Shown here piece after piece: positions 63,601-64,000 of a stretch of 64,000 nt of DNA. The stretch comes from Adineta vaga. Taxonomy: Eukaryota > Animalia > Rotifera. The DNA is taken from contig CP075492.1 in NCBI GenBank assembly GCA_021613535.1, positions 1,054,001 to 1,118,000 of the forward strand. Direction: 5' to 3'. The notes under the pieces are model-generated. The model was not told the DNA's origin, did not search any database, and saw only the letters and a program-made list of their open reading frames with translations. Made by a program: the position numbers and the translations under genes. Positions within the stretch are counted from its first letter, which is position 1, and every line of letters begins with the position of its first letter.

Positions 63601-64000
63601 AACGGATGAATATCAATCGACATGCATTTGTCCACTAGAATATTCTGGCAAACAATGTAAATATCGTCAAACACGCATTGATATTAAGTTCGATAATCAA
63701 ATTGAAATTACAGCGACATTATTTCTTCATTTCATTACACTTAAAGATCAAATCGAACCAATTCGATTAAGTATCATGAAAAAAATAACATGGGATCAAA
63801 CTTTGTTAACACTCTACACATCGATTCAATTCAATCTTGCTTTTGCAGAAATATTCAATAAACTCTATTTGATTATTTTTCAAGAAGAGATTATTATTTC
63901 TGCATTTATCACAACAAAAATTCGTCCATCCCATCGATGTTTCTCTATTGATGAACTCTTCAATGAAACGATAGTTAATCGGAAATTATTACGACGTATT
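60608..64000 (+). CDS. Large LDL-receptor class A / EGF repeat protein (probable N-terminus of a rotifer-type GPCR); runs off window end
   Basis: ATG 60608 in frame with the last codons of the window (1131 codons if fully open; absent from the ORF track, consistent with no stop). CLDWREICDRKMDCVDGSDEIDC, CDGFWLCRDGADEVNC LDLa repeats; CLCPPSYYGDRCEY EGF. Confidence 0.85.
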   Translation, partial: MLSFCTFILWQSQISMIHSSNMYHTNIDHQKDWYCLLHYVQNDIDEIFESYIQSHQIIPYCLRLLDSHVLLDNFHNTIDTNFTFASLKEKNISSKQLLSWSAPIDLVEQYEMFLNNISYRTFLENDTIFYNCTVPWFGPYCRFAFDQVNHSSLNNVVKLYFQSKLKILTGNKVTCYEHLHCKTSLLCLDWREICDRKMDCVDGSDEIDCWQLEINECTENSYRCHNGQCIPMEFFHDNPIDPDCLDQTDEPRSPYYPGICYKDPAFRCEEQTSRSRNKLFPCGDGDYSIKTDFQCQNGRDNIQSNDSCSKAIMCAMIYHNLIDNELYEEFCGELKTHVINQCPLLFNFSELILFNHVYLLFEMNQINRDHLSISSPNYVCYNEQLCPDFPLPTINSNYSKCRLFDELGLEDREYFPELLDNINERFHTCLILPNDTHYCHHSTMYQCMNSTKCISKYRLVDGIRDCPFNDDETFNQSCSLSNVKHRFECLVNGTKTCLAPLMIEDHFSDCDNSEDEDSEDMKFLRNHITFSTICDGKEDLTPVFIDEQYETDETECEYWPCNNTYSRCDGFWLCRDGADEVNCLPSTCPEFQYNCVYPNDTTNLACLTINQIGDGFIDCLGASDERVFYRQGKSDIFWHNFKCSNEPKLINSSSFCNNKSECLFGDDEKFCTHYGYMYRYNCHYGNLSLLTEVEQFFCYNYHVFRRSPKIYFKLHSMPNYSIQSITAYDSSVSIIQEVTSSIQSNSIENIKHVDGWICNRGIGIYIRSDINQSKFYCLCPPSYYGDRCEYQNQRVSITLQVRIIYDWRIVFSFIIMLIDNDGHIESHDHIDYLSIRDCDIKFHLNLLYSSRPKNQTKNYSVRIDTFNKLTLQYRASWLFPFLFPFLPVHRLSLLLILPSHNILSHKQCTPSCIHGYCYHYINQPNLTFCRCESKWSGVRCDIANQCDCASDSVCLTDSICVCPLHRYGPRCYLRHSVCHSKSCDNNGKCIPNDERHTSTDEYQSTCICPLEYSGKQCKYRQTRIDIKFDNQIEITATLFLHFITLKDQIEPIRLSIMKKITWDQTLLTLYTSIQFNLAFAEIFNKLYLIIFQEEIIISAFITTKIRPSHRCFSIDELFNETIVNRKLLRRI

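Noticed and set aside
1-64000. Athena/Penelope or other retroelement as the hairpin's partner
   Set aside because: No reverse transcriptase motifs were recognised in any ORF of this window.

Overview
AT-rich eukaryotic DNA with short (55-80 nt) GT-AG introns. The gene families present (F-box/LRR, ART-TPR, PAN-LamG, LDLa/EGF receptor-like) and the (TGTGGG)n telomere-type repeat point to a bdelloid rotifer (inference). The window is a patchwork of intact genes and many truncated or frameshifted fragments. Intact genes: F-box-LRR, giant SPRY-HECT E3 ligase, ependymin-like, PAN-LamG, SDR, CRAL-TRIO, ART-TPR, astacin and a 3'-incomplete LDLa/EGF receptor. It also holds a decayed hAT transposase and several MITE-like inverted repeats. 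The main unexplained structure is a dispersed family of about 18 clear (plus about 5 decayed) short palindromes: CATCTTGAGGG(TGTGGG)n - 10-40 nt spacer - (CCCACA)nCCCTCAAGATG. They have ragged ends, no evident TSDs and shared spacer subfamilies. Several sit exactly at the ends of truncated or captured gene fragments, which suggests telomere-repeat 'linkers' inserted at DNA breaks. Region 1.4-5.8 kb is an interleaved, garbled duplication that may be an assembly consensus artefact.
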